A stretch of DNA of 64,000 bases from Phormidesmis sp. (GTDB lineage: Bacteria > Cyanobacteriota > Cyanobacteriia > Leptolyngbyales > Leptolyngbyaceae), in assembly GCA_965248535.1 (NCBI GenBank), contig CBDFJR010000005.1, positions 736,001-800,000 of the forward strand, in the 5' to 3' direction. Every line of letters begins with the position of its first letter. Positions within the stretch are counted from its first letter, which is position 1. Positions 1 to 10,593 of this stretch are shown here, one piece after another. The notes beneath the pieces were generated by a model. It saw nothing but the letters and a program-made list of their open reading frames with translations. It ran no database searches and had not been told where the DNA came from. Position numbers and translations under genes: made by a program.

Positions 1-2
1 CT

Positions 3-389
<387 letters not shown>

Positions 390-412
390 GCCAGGAGGAA
401 TCATAAAGACTT

Positions 413-2641
413 ATGGCAACTAAATTCCCAAAATTTAGCCAAGACCTTGCCCAAGATCCAACAACCCGTCGGATTTGGTATGGAATCGCTACGGCTCACG
501 ACTTTGAAAGTCATGACGGAATGACGGAAGAGAAGCTTTACCAAAAGCTTTTTGCAACCCACTTCGGTCACTTGGCAATCATCTTCTTGTGGGCATCGGG
601 CAGTCTATTCCACGTAGCTTGGCAAGGCAACTTTCCTCAGTGGATCAAAGATCCGCTGAATGTCCGTCCCATTGCCCACGCGATTTGGGACCCTCAGTTT
701 GGTAAGCCCGCAGTAGAAGCGTTTACTCAAGGTGGCGCTAACTATCCGGTAGACATTTCCTATTCAGGTCTGTATCACTGGTGGTACACGATCGGGATGC
801 GAACCAATGGTGACCTCTATACAGGTTCCATCGGCTTGCTGGTGCTGTCGGCAGTGCTCCTGTTTGCAGGTTGGCTGCACCTTCAGCCCAAGTTCCGTCC
901 TAGCTTGGCTTGGTTTAAAAACGCTGAGTCTCGTCTAAACCACCACTTAGCAGGTCTGTTTGGCGTTAGCTCACTGGCTTGGACGGGTCACCTCGTTCAC
1001 GTCGCCATCCCCGAATCACGCGGTCAGCACGTCGGCTGGGATAACTTCCTGACCACGCTGCCTCACCCGGCTGGGTTGGCTCCCTTTTTCACCGGAAACT
1101 GGGGTGTCTATGCTGAAAACCCTGACACTGCGAACCACATCTTTGGAACGGCTCAAGGGTCAGGCACTGCGATTCTCACCTTCTTAGGTGGCTTCCATCC
1201 TCAAACCGAGTCTCTCTGGTTGACGGATATGGCGCACCACCATTTGGCGATCGCCGTTCTGTTCATCATCGCGGGACACATGTACCGCACCAACTTCGGT
1301 ATCGGTCACAGCATCAAAGATATGCTGGACAGCAAGAAGGGACTAGTGGGCGGCAAGTCAGAGGGGCAGTTTAACCTGCCTCACCAAGGCTTGTATGACA
1401 CGATGAATAACTCTCTACACTTCCAGCTTTCGTTTGCGCTGGCTGCGTTAGGGGTGATCACGTCGCTCGTTGCTCAACATATGTATGCCCTGCCTCCTTA
1501 CGCTTTCATGGCGAAGGATTTCACCACTCAGGCAGCGCTCTACACCCACCACCAGTACATCGCTGGATTCTTGATGGTCGGTGCATTTGCTCACGGTGCT
1601 ATCTTCTGGGTGCGGGACTATGATCCTGAACTCAACAAGGGCAACGTGCTCGATCGGGTTCTCCAGCACAAAGAAGCGATCATCTCGCACTTAAGCTGGG
1701 TGTCTCTGTTCTTGGGCTTCCACACCCTCGGTTTGTATGTTCATAACGACGTGGTGGTTGCTTTCGGAACGCCTGAAAAGCAGATTCTGATTGAGCCTGT
1801 GTTCGCACAGTTTGTTCAAGCTGCGTCAGGTAAAGCGTTGTATGGGATGAGCACGTTGCTCTCAGACCCCACCAGCATCGCCTCGACCGCTTGGCCTAAC
1901 TTCGGCAACGTCTGGCTTCCGGGCTGGCTCGAAGCAGTCAACAGTGGCACCAATTCCCTGTTCCTCACCATTGGGCCAGGCGACTTCTTGGTTCACCATG
2001 CGATCGCTCTCGGTCTGCACACCACCACCTTGGTCTTGGTCAAAGGTGCGTTGGATGCCCGCGGCTCTAAGCTGATGCCCGACAAAAAAGACTTTGGCTA
2101 TAGCTTCCCTTGCGATGGCCCTGGTCGTGGCGGCACCTGCGATATCTCTGCGTGGGATTCTTTCTACCTGGCGATGTTCTGGATGCTGAACACCATTGGT
2201 TGGGTCACCTTCTATTGGCACTGGAAGCATCTGGCTATCTGGTCAGGCAACGTCGCTCAGTTTAACGAAAGCTCAACCTATCTGATGGGTTGGCTGCGTG
2301 ACTACCTGTGGCAATATTCGGCTCCGTTGATCAACGGCTACAACCCTTATGGGATGAATAACCTAGCCGTCTGGTCTTGGATGTTCCTCTTGGGTCACCT
2401 GATCTGGGCAACCGGATTCATGTTCTTGATCTCCTGGAGAGGCTATTGGCAAGAGCTAATCGAAACTCTGGTTTGGGCCCACGAGCGCACTCCTCTGGCG
2501 AACCTGATTCGCTGGAAGGACAAGCCCGTTGCTCTCTCGATCGTGCAAGCTCGCTTGGTGGGTCTAGCTCACTTTACGGTTGGCTATGTCCTCACTTACG
2601 CAGCCTTCGTGATTGCGTCTACTGCGGGTAAGTTTGGTTAA
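413..2641 (+). CDS. psaB: Photosystem I P700 apoprotein A2
   Basis: [22 protein letters not shown] start, FX-binding [12 protein letters not shown] motif, 742 aa; AGGAGG upstream. Confidence 0.99.
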   Translation: MATKFPKFSQDLAQDPTTRRIWYGIATAHDFESHDGMTEEKLYQKLFATHFGHLAIIFLWASGSLFHVAWQGNFPQWIKDPLNVRPIAHAIWDPQFGKPAVEAFTQGGANYPVDISYSGLYHWWYTIGMRTNGDLYTGSIGLLVLSAVLLFAGWLHLQPKFRPSLAWFKNAESRLNHHLAGLFGVSSLAWTGHLVHVAIPESRGQHVGWDNFLTTLPHPAGLAPFFTGNWGVYAENPDTANHIFGTAQGSGTAILTFLGGFHPQTESLWLTDMAHHHLAIAVLFIIAGHMYRTNFGIGHSIKDMLDSKKGLVGGKSEGQFNLPHQGLYDTMNNSLHFQLSFALAALGVITSLVAQHMYALPPYAFMAKDFTTQAALYTHHQYIAGFLMVGAFAHGAIFWVRDYDPELNKGNVLDRVLQHKEAIISHLSWVSLFLGFHTLGLYVHNDVVVAFGTPEKQILIEPVFAQFVQAASGKALYGMSTLLSDPTSIASTAWPNFGNVWLPGWLEAVNSGTNSLFLTIGPGDFLVHHAIALGLHTTTLVLVKGALDARGSKLMPDKKDFGYSFPCDGPGRGGTCDISAWDSFYLAMFWMLNTIGWVTFYWHWKHLAIWSGNVAQFNESSTYLMGWLRDYLWQYSAPLINGYNPYGMNNLAVWSWMFLLGHLIWATGFMFLISWRGYWQELIETLVWAHERTPLANLIRWKDKPVALSIVQARLVGLAHFTVGYVLTYAAFVIASTAGKFG

Positions 2642-2670
2642 ACCTGACTAACGCTGTAGGTAACTAAAAT

Positions 2671-2704
2671 AAAATCCCCTGCCAATTTGGTGGGGGATTT
2701 TTTG
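2671..2704 (+). terminator. Intrinsic terminator of psaAB
   Basis: AAAATCCCCTGCCA...TGGTGGGGGATTTT hairpin running into a T tract, 30 bp after the psaB stop. Confidence 0.85.
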
Positions 2705-2901
2705 ATCTGAACAAAACTGAGGGCGGGTTAGCGACTTTAATCGGTTAATCAAAGGTCAATATCGACACATCGGTAGCATATTCATATTCATAAAGAGCCA
2801 ATCAACTTAATGGGAATTTGAGCGATCGCGGCAACTTTCCCAACTAAATTAATTCCTGAGTGAATGAGCCGTTGGTATAAACACTCAAGCTAAATCAGGA
2901 G

Positions 2902-3351
2902 ATGCAGATGAAACTACTGAAATACTTTGACCTGAATCGACGCGCTAACAAGGCTAGAAAGCTCAACCGCCAAGAATTTACTGAAACCAGAACTAATTTT
3001 ATTCAGCAATGGATGTCGCCTAGCGAAGTCACCGTTAAGCCCCGTAGAGACTTTTTCTTATCACTTTGGATGGTCTTTAACCAACGCGAAGACGGGCAGC
3101 TATCGCTGGCAGATCAACTGCTAATGTATTTAGGGGTACTGGTGGGGGTCTATTTTAGTGGTGTGATTCGTGCTCAGACTTCTAAGCCGACGTTGATCTT
3201 AGCGGCTTTTATTGCCCTCACGATCGTGCCCGTGGCCTTCGAGAAATTGAGCATCAACCCCAAAGCGCCGCTGTTGGTGCGGTTTGGATTGTTTGTGCAA
3301 AATGGCGTGTTTTGGGATGTGATGTTTCAAGCCATCTCCAGCCACCGTTAA
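2902..3351 (+). CDS. Hypothetical membrane protein
   Basis: 149-aa ORF with AGGAG RBS and 2-3 hydrophobic segments in the C-terminal half. Confidence 0.7.
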   Translation: MQMKLLKYFDLNRRANKARKLNRQEFTETRTNFIQQWMSPSEVTVKPRRDFFLSLWMVFNQREDGQLSLADQLLMYLGVLVGVYFSGVIRAQTSKPTLILAAFIALTIVPVAFEKLSINPKAPLLVRFGLFVQNGVFWDVMFQAISSHR

Positions 3352-3563
3352 TCAGGGTTGCTGAATCAGCTATTTTGACAGGTGAGGAGATTGCTTAAGC
3401 GCTTTGGCACGATCGAGGGCAGACATTACACGAAGTTGGACAAAACACCGTGGGAGCCAACTCTGACCTTAGACGCACCCTCGATCGGGTCATTGGGCCA
3501 TTCGACTCACTGGTTAGGGACGGAAAACTTGAGTTTGTCAGGTTAAATTTGCCAAGATCTGGT

Positions 3564-3992
3564 TCACAGGTAGCTCAAGCATTCTTCAGGAAAGAGATGA
3601 AGCTCTTTAGATTGAAAGCGATCGCATTCCATCCATCGCACCACAAACTCTGTCTCTGCCTCGTTGCCGATAAACTCGTCTAGCTGATAAAGCTTAGAAT
3701 CTACCAAGTCAGCTTGATAAAACTGAATCCATTCGTGCCCCGGCTTGCCTTCATAGATAAATAGATTTTCACTAAATCCCAAATAGTGAATGTTGCACAA
3801 CTCCGCTTGTATCTCTTCTTGAAATTCTCGCTTGAGGGCCTCTAAGCTGGTTTCACCAAAGTCAACGCCACCGCCCAAACAGCGATAGAAAAAGCTTTGC
3901 TTCACCGAGTCATAGCCTTCGGCGACGAGAATGCGATCGCCCGATCGAATCAACCCCAACACCAGCGCCCGAATCTGTGGAAGTTTGTTCAT
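3564..3992 (-). CDS. NUDIX hydrolase
   Basis: Nudix box GGGVDFGETSLEALKREFQEEI. Confidence 0.92.
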   Translation of the reverse strand: MNKLPQIRALVLGLIRSGDRILVAEGYDSVKQSFFYRCLGGGVDFGETSLEALKREFQEEIQAELCNIHYLGFSENLFIYEGKPGHEWIQFYQADLVDSKLYQLDEFIGNEAETEFVVRWMECDRFQSKELHLFPEECLSYL

Positions 3993-4097
3993 TCAACGCG
4001 ACCCCTTAAAAACGATCTCAGCCCAACTTCAAGACCTCGCTAATCGTTTCCTGAAAACTCTCTAGTAGGATAAAGCTAAAGGGTAAGTAGTTGAGCT

Positions 4098-5519
4098 ATG
4101 AGCAGTCGTTCAAAAATTGAGTTTGGAACCGATGGGTGGCGTGGCATTATTGCCGACGACTTCACGTTTTCTAACGTTTGCAAAGTGACACGAGCGATCG
4201 CCCGCTATCTTGACACGACCTACTCTAAACGTCGTCCGGTGCTGGTTGGCTATGACACTCGGTTTTTGGCAGATCAGTTTGCCCACACCGCCGCTGCCGT
4301 TTTAGCCGATCTGGGTTGGCGGGTGCAAATCGTCGATCGAGACTGCCCGACTCCAGTCATCGCCTATAATGCTCGCTACCTCAACACGGCGGGAGCGCTG
4401 ATGTTTACGGCCAGTCATAACCCTGCGCCCTACTGTGGAATTAAATACATCCCTGATTATGCAGGCCCGGCAACGACTCAGATCACCGATGCCATTGTCG
4501 CTAATCTCGATCGTGTCTCAGATGCCCCACCGAGCGGCAATCTCGCCCCGATTTCGACGTTTGACCCAAAACCTGCTTATTTAAAGTTTATCTATAGCAT
4601 TTTGGATGTCGATCGCATTCGCAGCGCCAAACTCAAGGTCAAATATGACGCACTCTACTCTACGTCTCGCGGCTATCTCGATAGGGTTTTAGCCGATTGT
4701 GGCTGTGAAGCCGAGAGTTTTCATACCTATCGCGATGTCTTATTTGGCGGCGGAATGCCCGAACCCAATGGCAAACAACTTGCGAGTCTGGTCGAGGCGG
4801 TCAAGGGCGATCGCGCTGATATGGGGTTAGCCACCGATGGAGACAGCGATCGCTTTGGCATTGTCGATGAGCAGGGCACCATTCTCACACCCAACGCCAT
4901 TTTGCTGCTTTTGGCCCGTCACTTGATTAAAAACAAAGGCAAGCGAGGCGCGATCGTTCGCACGGTGGCCACGACTCGATTGCTCGATAACTTTGCAGCA
5001 GCTTATGGGCTAGAACTCTATGAAACCGCCGTTGGCTTTAAACATATTGGTGCAAAAATGCGAGAAATCCCAGTGCTGATTGGTGGTGAAGAATCAGGCG
5101 GGTTAAGCATCATTGGGCACATTCCTGAAAAAGACGGCATCTTGGCAGATATGCTAGTGGCAGAAGCGATCGCTTATGAAGGCAAACCTCTGAGTCAACT
5201 CGTGCAAGACGTGATCCATGAAGCAGACGGGCCGCTCTACAATCATCGCATCGACCTGCGGCTTACCCAGGCTCACAAAAAAGCCGTTTTAGATTCCTTT
5301 ACTCAACATCCGCCAACCCACCTAGCAGGGTTGGCTATTAAAGAAGTCGGTCGCAAAGACGGCATCAAACTCTATCTCGACGAAGGAAGCTGGGTTTTGC
5401 TGCGTCCTTCAGGCACAGAACCCCTGATCCGAGTCTATTTAGAGACAGACTCACCTCAAAAAGTTAGTCAGATCGCCGCCGCAATGGAGCGATCGATTCA
5501 TCAGATCAAGCCCGTTTAG
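4098..5519 (+). CDS. Phosphoglucomutase/phosphomannomutase family protein
   Basis: FGTDGWRG, TASHNP (catalytic Ser), DGDSDR metal loop, GEESG, RPSGTEP. Confidence 0.96.
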   Translation: MSSRSKIEFGTDGWRGIIADDFTFSNVCKVTRAIARYLDTTYSKRRPVLVGYDTRFLADQFAHTAAAVLADLGWRVQIVDRDCPTPVIAYNARYLNTAGALMFTASHNPAPYCGIKYIPDYAGPATTQITDAIVANLDRVSDAPPSGNLAPISTFDPKPAYLKFIYSILDVDRIRSAKLKVKYDALYSTSRGYLDRVLADCGCEAESFHTYRDVLFGGGMPEPNGKQLASLVEAVKGDRADMGLATDGDSDRFGIVDEQGTILTPNAILLLLARHLIKNKGKRGAIVRTVATTRLLDNFAAAYGLELYETAVGFKHIGAKMREIPVLIGGEESGGLSIIGHIPEKDGILADMLVAEAIAYEGKPLSQLVQDVIHEADGPLYNHRIDLRLTQAHKKAVLDSFTQHPPTHLAGLAIKEVGRKDGIKLYLDEGSWVLLRPSGTEPLIRVYLETDSPQKVSQIAAAMERSIHQIKPV

Positions 5520-5530
5520 GTTGACTATTT

Positions 5531-5779
5531 ATGAAATCTCTGGCCACGCTAACTACGTCAGTCATTATCGCCGTTTGGATCGGCGCGATCGCTCTGATCT
5601 CCGTTCAAAATGCGACCCCCCTTTCGCTGCGGTTTCTCAGCTTTCAGCTAGTCGAGATGCCCTTTGGGTTGATTCTCGCTTTTAGCGCTGGGCTGGGTGT
5701 GATCGGCACGGCGATCGCGCAGCCTTTACTGGGGTTTTCTAGCCCCCCGCGAGATCAAGACGACGATGACGATCTCTAA
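5531..5779 (+). CDS. Small two-TM membrane protein, LapA/DUF1049-like
   Basis: Two hydrophobic helices flanking SVQNATPLSLRFL, the pattern of LapA-like proteins. Confidence 0.7.
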   Translation: MKSLATLTTSVIIAVWIGAIALISVQNATPLSLRFLSFQLVEMPFGLILAFSAGLGVIGTAIAQPLLGFSSPPRDQDDDDDL

Positions 5780-5786
5780 TCAGACT

Positions 5787-6803
5787 TCACCACGCATACA
5801 CCTGTCCGTCAATTAGCAATCGCGTGATGCCTTTGGCTTGCAGGTGGGGCGCGGCTTTTTGCAAGATGCGGCTATCGGGAATCTTGATCACGCGCTGCGT
5901 CCGAATGTTAGAAAACCGCTTTGCCACTCGATGGTTGTCAAACACAGGCAGCGTCTTTTCCTGAATCTCTTCTGACGGAATCTGCCCCAACTCGCCAAAC
6001 TCTCTAAGGGGTCGAGCAACGAGTTCAGCCGCCCGATCGACCACTAAATAGCACGTCTTGGGAATGGCCGCCTCCGTCAGGGGCAACACGCGCACAAACG
6101 AGGACGCATTGAGTTGCAGCGATGGCAGCAGTGAGCCGCTTTCTTCATCGTCAAACTCATCTCCGTCAAAATCATCGTCTAGATCGCCTAGATCGCCGTC
6201 TAAATCATCATCCAAATCATCTAAGTCGTCTTCATCGTCATCGGCAAAGGCTTGGGGATCGTCTGTGACCGCTTCGGCTCGTTTAGGGTCAGCCAGCGTC
6301 ACGACTCTTTTTACGACTGGGGTGGCGGTTAGCTCTTTGGTCACTTCAGCAATTTCTTCGATCGGGGCTTCAGCCTCAGCCGACGATCGTGCCAGCGATC
6401 GCCGAATCGGGGCCGGAACCACCCGCTCAGATGTAGCGTTTTCAGACGAAGCGTTTAAAGAAACCGAAGCCGCGAGAGGACTCGGTTCAGGCTCAGAGAT
6501 GTCTACGATCGCAGCAGCCGGAATTTCGAGAATACTACCCTGGATAGGCTCCTCCAGTTCGCGAGAGATCACGTCAGGGTTGCGCGAAGCCACACGCTTT
6601 TGCTGAATCAAGCCTTCATATTCCCCCGCAGGCAAACTGCTTTTGAGAATGCGACTGATGGTTGTGTTGCTCACCCCATATTGACTTGCCAGAGTCAGCG
6701 TTGTCTCGCCTGGCTGACGATATAGCTCAACAATTTGGTTTTTGTCAGAATCAGACAGTTTGCGAGGGGTCATGCCACAATCCACGAAAGGCTCAGTCAG
6801 CAC
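5787..6803 (-). CDS. Conserved cyanobacterial protein: N-terminal HTH, acidic linker, conserved C-terminal domain (start probably 6773, MTPRKL)
   Basis: HTH-like TTLTLASQYGVSNTTISRIL, an Asp-rich tract, and C-terminal PKTCYLVVDRAAEL...LPVFDNHRVAKRFS. Confidence 0.8.
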   Translation of the reverse strand: MLTEPFVDCGMTPRKLSDSDKNQIVELYRQPGETTLTLASQYGVSNTTISRILKSSLPAGEYEGLIQQKRVASRNPDVISRELEEPIQGSILEIPAAAIVDISEPEPSPLAASVSLNASSENATSERVVPAPIRRSLARSSAEAEAPIEEIAEVTKELTATPVVKRVVTLADPKRAEAVTDDPQAFADDDEDDLDDLDDDLDGDLGDLDDDFDGDEFDDEESGSLLPSLQLNASSFVRVLPLTEAAIPKTCYLVVDRAAELVARPLREFGELGQIPSEEIQEKTLPVFDNHRVAKRFSNIRTQRVIKIPDSRILQKAAPHLQAKGITRLLIDGQVYAW

Positions 6804-6873
6804 CTACCATTCTAAGTCCAACCGCCCGTAAAAAGGGCAACGTCGTCTTTCCCCTTGATTCGCTGCGCGCAAT

Positions 6874-7962
6874 CTAAGCCCGCCGCCGTCCTCCGGCACG
6901 ACGCGATCGGCTGAGATCAAACTCTAAAGCTGCCCCAATGCCAAAGAGCACGCCGCTCAACACCCAAAAGATTTCTAACAAGCCCCCGCTTTGATAATTG
7001 GCGAGTCGGGTTGTCGCATATTTAAACCACATATCAGCCACATAGAGCGAGAAGGCAGCCGCCGCAATCATTCGCCAAGACTGCGAAAAGCGCCCGCCCC
7101 AAAATGCCAGCAGCAGCGTTGTCGCCACGATCAAGATAAACACGTCAGCCACGACATAGAAGTAGTTTAGAAACGTTTTGAGAGGAGCCAGAGTTTCTTC
7201 CACTGTAGTTACCCAGACAGGCGGCGTTTTGGGTTCTGCCGCCTTGGGGGAGATCGTCTTTTGCCCTGACGGAGCAGGCGTTGCTTGAGGAGAGAGGATC
7301 GCCTGAGGCACGGGCTGAGAGGGCTGAACCTTAGGGGCGGGTGAAGTCGGCTTGGGGACGATCGCCGGAGTCTTGACCGCAGGTTTAGCCGGAGTCACAG
7401 TCGTCTGGGCAGAGACTGGCTCCATTCCCCAGAGGTCAGCACTGGCATTTTTGTCAGGAGAAATGGTTAACCAGGTCGCGAAAGCGATGCTGATAGCGGC
7501 GATTCCGGCAACGATGCCCCACTGCCAAACCTCTAGATTGAGACGACGATCGGCAAAGGCCATGACCATGCCCCACCCCAGAAAGAGATAAGTTGGAATG
7601 TAGAAGAAATCTCCAGGCGAAACATCTGCATTTCGTCCTAAAAAGGTCTCCCAGAAGGTAAACAGCACGCCGCCTAGGAAGTAGCACAGCATCCCCATGC
7701 CGATGCCAAACCAGACTTTGCGCCCGCTGACGATCTGGGGGCTGCGCCAGTTTCTAAAACACAGAATGGCAGCCGCCAGATAAGCCACTACTTCAAAAAT
7801 AGACGTGCCGTAGGAATACCAAACGGGGCGGTCTTGTCCGGGGTCAGCCACACTAAACAGCAGAAAAAACAGCAGCGCCAGCACCGCCCAGATGATTTCT
7901 GTAAAGACGATCGCTTGCACAGACAGAGACTTAGCCGCAGATTTATCGATCGAGGTACTCAT
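6874..7962 (-). CDS. Multi-pass membrane protein with a Pro-rich internal loop
   Basis: About 8 hydrophobic segments interrupted by a P/K/Q/T-rich linker. Confidence 0.8.
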   Translation of the reverse strand: MSTSIDKSAAKSLSVQAIVFTEIIWAVLALLFFLLFSVADPGQDRPVWYSYGTSIFEVVAYLAAAILCFRNWRSPQIVSGRKVWFGIGMGMLCYFLGGVLFTFWETFLGRNADVSPGDFFYIPTYLFLGWGMVMAFADRRLNLEVWQWGIVAGIAAISIAFATWLTISPDKNASADLWGMEPVSAQTTVTPAKPAVKTPAIVPKPTSPAPKVQPSQPVPQAILSPQATPAPSGQKTISPKAAEPKTPPVWVTTVEETLAPLKTFLNYFYVVADVFILIVATTLLLAFWGGRFSQSWRMIAAAAFSLYVADMWFKYATTRLANYQSGGLLEIFWVLSGVLFGIGAALEFDLSRSRRAGGRRRA

Positions 7963-8065
7963 ATCACAATTACAAAGGTAGAGCGATTAGGAAACATGAA
8001 GCCTATCAAGAGGGATTGTGGATTGTAATGCACCCTCTGGCATCGGTTGCCAACGTTTTTTGAAG

Positions 8066-8737
8066 CTAGTGCCAAAGATTACCACCCGGCGATCGGGCCA
8101 TCCACGCCAAAAAGCGGCTCCGTTCACCCGAAGGCAAATCTTGTAAGGCTTCTAAAGTCCGAGAGACAAAGGGAGATTTGCCAAAATAGTTTTTGCCAAG
8201 GCGGTGCAGATCTTGTAAGAGCAGCGACAAATGAGGTTCTTGCCAGGCTGGGGTTTGCAGACTATTGAGGGGGTTGACGGTCAAAAGTTGCCTGATGGCA
8301 TCGGGCGAGTCGGTTTGGGGAAACCGCCCTTGTCGAAACACGTCAGCAATATCTTTTTGAAACGTGACGGATTGTTTAGTGCCCATCAAGTCTTCAATAT
8401 CGATATACATCGCTTGCAGCATCAGCAGACAGGCCTGAGTAAACATGGGGGTGGTTGAGCCAGCCGCCTCAATCTCTTGGGTTTCTTGAGCTAGCTGATC
8501 GAGCCGCACTTTGCCCCAAATGCTGTAGCGATCGGGTTCTTCTAATAAAACGCAGGCTTTGCCCTGGTTGTCAGTTAAATCGCGCCACAGTGCTCTCGCC
8601 TCTTCTTCTTGGTTGGCGTGAAACACGCTGATCAGGCGAAAGGTGATCCCCTGATAGGTGAGAATCGGAATCTTTTGATCGCGTTTGGGATGTTGGATGC
8701 TGGAAATTTCTACATCCTGCCGTTTCAGAATGAACAT
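8066..8737 (-). CDS. Conserved cyanobacterial protein (Npun_F0813-like)
   Basis: MFILKRQDVEISSIQHPKR...WRDLTDNQGKACVLLEEPDRYSIW N-terminus, recognised from memory. Confidence 0.75.
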   Translation of the reverse strand: MFILKRQDVEISSIQHPKRDQKIPILTYQGITFRLISVFHANQEEEARALWRDLTDNQGKACVLLEEPDRYSIWGKVRLDQLAQETQEIEAAGSTTPMFTQACLLMLQAMYIDIEDLMGTKQSVTFQKDIADVFRQGRFPQTDSPDAIRQLLTVNPLNSLQTPAWQEPHLSLLLQDLHRLGKNYFGKSPFVSRTLEALQDLPSGERSRFLAWMARSPGGNLWH

Positions 8738-9089
8738 AAAACAGCTAATTATCTCCTATCAAGGTGAGGGGGCGAGGTTGGCTACGCAGGCTTGAGCCAT
8801 GAATAGCGGCAAGTTTCTATTCAAAATAGGCCCCTGCTAACGTCAGCGAAGCGATCGCAACCAGACGTGCGAGATTAAAAGACCATTGTCTTGCAATTTT
8901 CGCTATTGACGCACTTTTATCGACTTTATCGACACACTTTGTTTAAATTCCCTTTTTCTGGCTTTTAGTGTACACATAGTTAGCCAACATCGGCTTCATT
9001 TGTGATAGTGAGTCACTCATTTTAACGGCGGTCAGCCTCACAAAATAGAACAAATCTGTTAGCAACTCTCCACAAACTCGTTAGGATTG

Positions 9090-9095
9090 TATAAT
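9090..9095 (+). promoter_or_regulatory. Putative -10 box of the tRNA-Arg gene
   Basis: Perfect TATAAT about 40 bp upstream of the tRNA. Confidence 0.5.
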
Positions 9096-9136
9096 GCTTA
9101 ATCAGTCAGAGATAAAAACCTGACCCCTCACCCTAG

Positions 9137-9209
<73 letters not shown>

Positions 9210-9356
9210 TTTTTGACCCGCGATCGAGAGCCTGAGACAGGACAGAGTTCCTCGATCGCCCCTTCTGTTAAAAAACTTAACAATTAGTTCCCTGGAAGCT
9301 TATCATTTCGCTATGTAAGGGTAAAGAAGCCTTCATTCGCGAAAGGAAATCAGGCA

Positions 9357-9965
9357 ATGGTTGAATGGATTACCCACACTATGAATGCGCTGGGCTACTG
9401 GGGGATTGGTCTTTTGATGTTCTTGGAGAACCTTTTTCCCCCCATCCCGTCAGAGTTGATCATGCCGTTAGCCGGGTTCACCGTTGCTAAAGGGCAGATG
9501 AATTTTCAGTATGCAGTGCTGGCCGGAGTGGTGGGAGCGGTGCTAGGAGCATTACCCTGGTACTATGCAGGCAAACTGGTGGGTGAGGAACGGTTGGGCG
9601 CGATCGCCGATCGCTATGGCAAGTGGTTAGGCATTTCTAAAGTAGACATTGACAAAGCCAATCGCTGGTTTTATCGTCGCGGCAGTCAAGCGGTGCTGTT
9701 GGGTCGTCTGGTGCCTGGAATCCGAACGCTGATTTCGCTTCCGGCAGGCATCAGTCACATGCGGTTAGCCCCATTTTTGGTCTACTCGACGATCGGCACT
9801 ACTATTTGGACAACGCTGTTAACCTATGCTGGATATTTATTAGGGGAGCACTACGATCGGGTCGATGACTATTTAGCGCCGCTCTCAAAGGTTGTTTTAG
9901 TTGGACTGATCGGGTCATTGGGGGTGTGGATAGTGCGACGGAAGCAAACGCAGCGTGTGAAGTGA
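9357..9965 (+). CDS. DedA family membrane protein
   Basis: LMFLENLFPPIPSELIMPLAG and GRLVPGIRTLISLPAG motifs. Confidence 0.93.
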   Translation: MVEWITHTMNALGYWGIGLLMFLENLFPPIPSELIMPLAGFTVAKGQMNFQYAVLAGVVGAVLGALPWYYAGKLVGEERLGAIADRYGKWLGISKVDIDKANRWFYRRGSQAVLLGRLVPGIRTLISLPAGISHMRLAPFLVYSTIGTTIWTTLLTYAGYLLGEHYDRVDDYLAPLSKVVLVGLIGSLGVWIVRRKQTQRVK

Positions 9966-9972
9966 GGAAATT

Positions 9973-10593
9973 ATGAGTTTTGATACAGTTCACTTGGGTC
10001 AGTGGCTCAAAGAGATTGGCCCGGTTGCGGCTCATCTGGTGATTTGGGCGATCATCTTTGCAGAGTCCGGTCTACTGATCGGGTTTTTCTTGCCCGGAGA
10101 CAGCTTGTTATTTACGGCTGGGTTTCTCGCGTCCCAAAATATTCTGAGCATTCAATATTTGACCTTGGGCTGCTTTGTGGCGGCTGTTTTAGGCGATAGC
10201 GTGGGCTATTGGACGGGAAATCGCTTTGGACGCAGATTATTTCAGCGAGAAGATTCCTGGCTGTTTCACAAAAAGCATTTAGTCTCTGCTCAAGGGTTTT
10301 ATGAGAAGTATGGCAAAAAAGCGATCGTGCTAGCGCGATTTGTGCCCCTCGTTCGCACCTTTGCGCCGATCGTGGCAGGGATCGGCGCGATGGACTACCG
10401 CACGTTTTTGTCTTATAACGTCGTGGGCGGATTGATCTGGACGTTTGGCGTGACGCTGTTGGGCTATTCTTTAGGAGCGGTGATTCCAGATGTTGATAAA
10501 TATCTGTTGCCGATTATTCTAATCATTATCGTCGTTTCGCTTCTGCCTTCTGTCTTTCACATCTACCAAGAACGTAAGTCCGGCCGCCATTGA
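9973..10593 (+). CDS. DedA family membrane protein
   Basis: FAESGLLIGFFLPGDSLLFTAG and ARFVPLVRTFAPIVAG motifs. Confidence 0.93.
   Translation: MSFDTVHLGQWLKEIGPVAAHLVIWAIIFAESGLLIGFFLPGDSLLFTAGFLASQNILSIQYLTLGCFVAAVLGDSVGYWTGNRFGRRLFQREDSWLFHKKHLVSAQGFYEKYGKKAIVLARFVPLVRTFAPIVAGIGAMDYRTFLSYNVVGGLIWTFGVTLLGYSLGAVIPDVDKYLLPIILIIIVVSLLPSVFHIYQERKSGRH

Noticed and set aside
5787..6803. Transposase interpretation of the N-terminal HTH protein
   Set aside because: No DDE or HUH catalytic domain and no terminal repeats; host-like composition among core genes.
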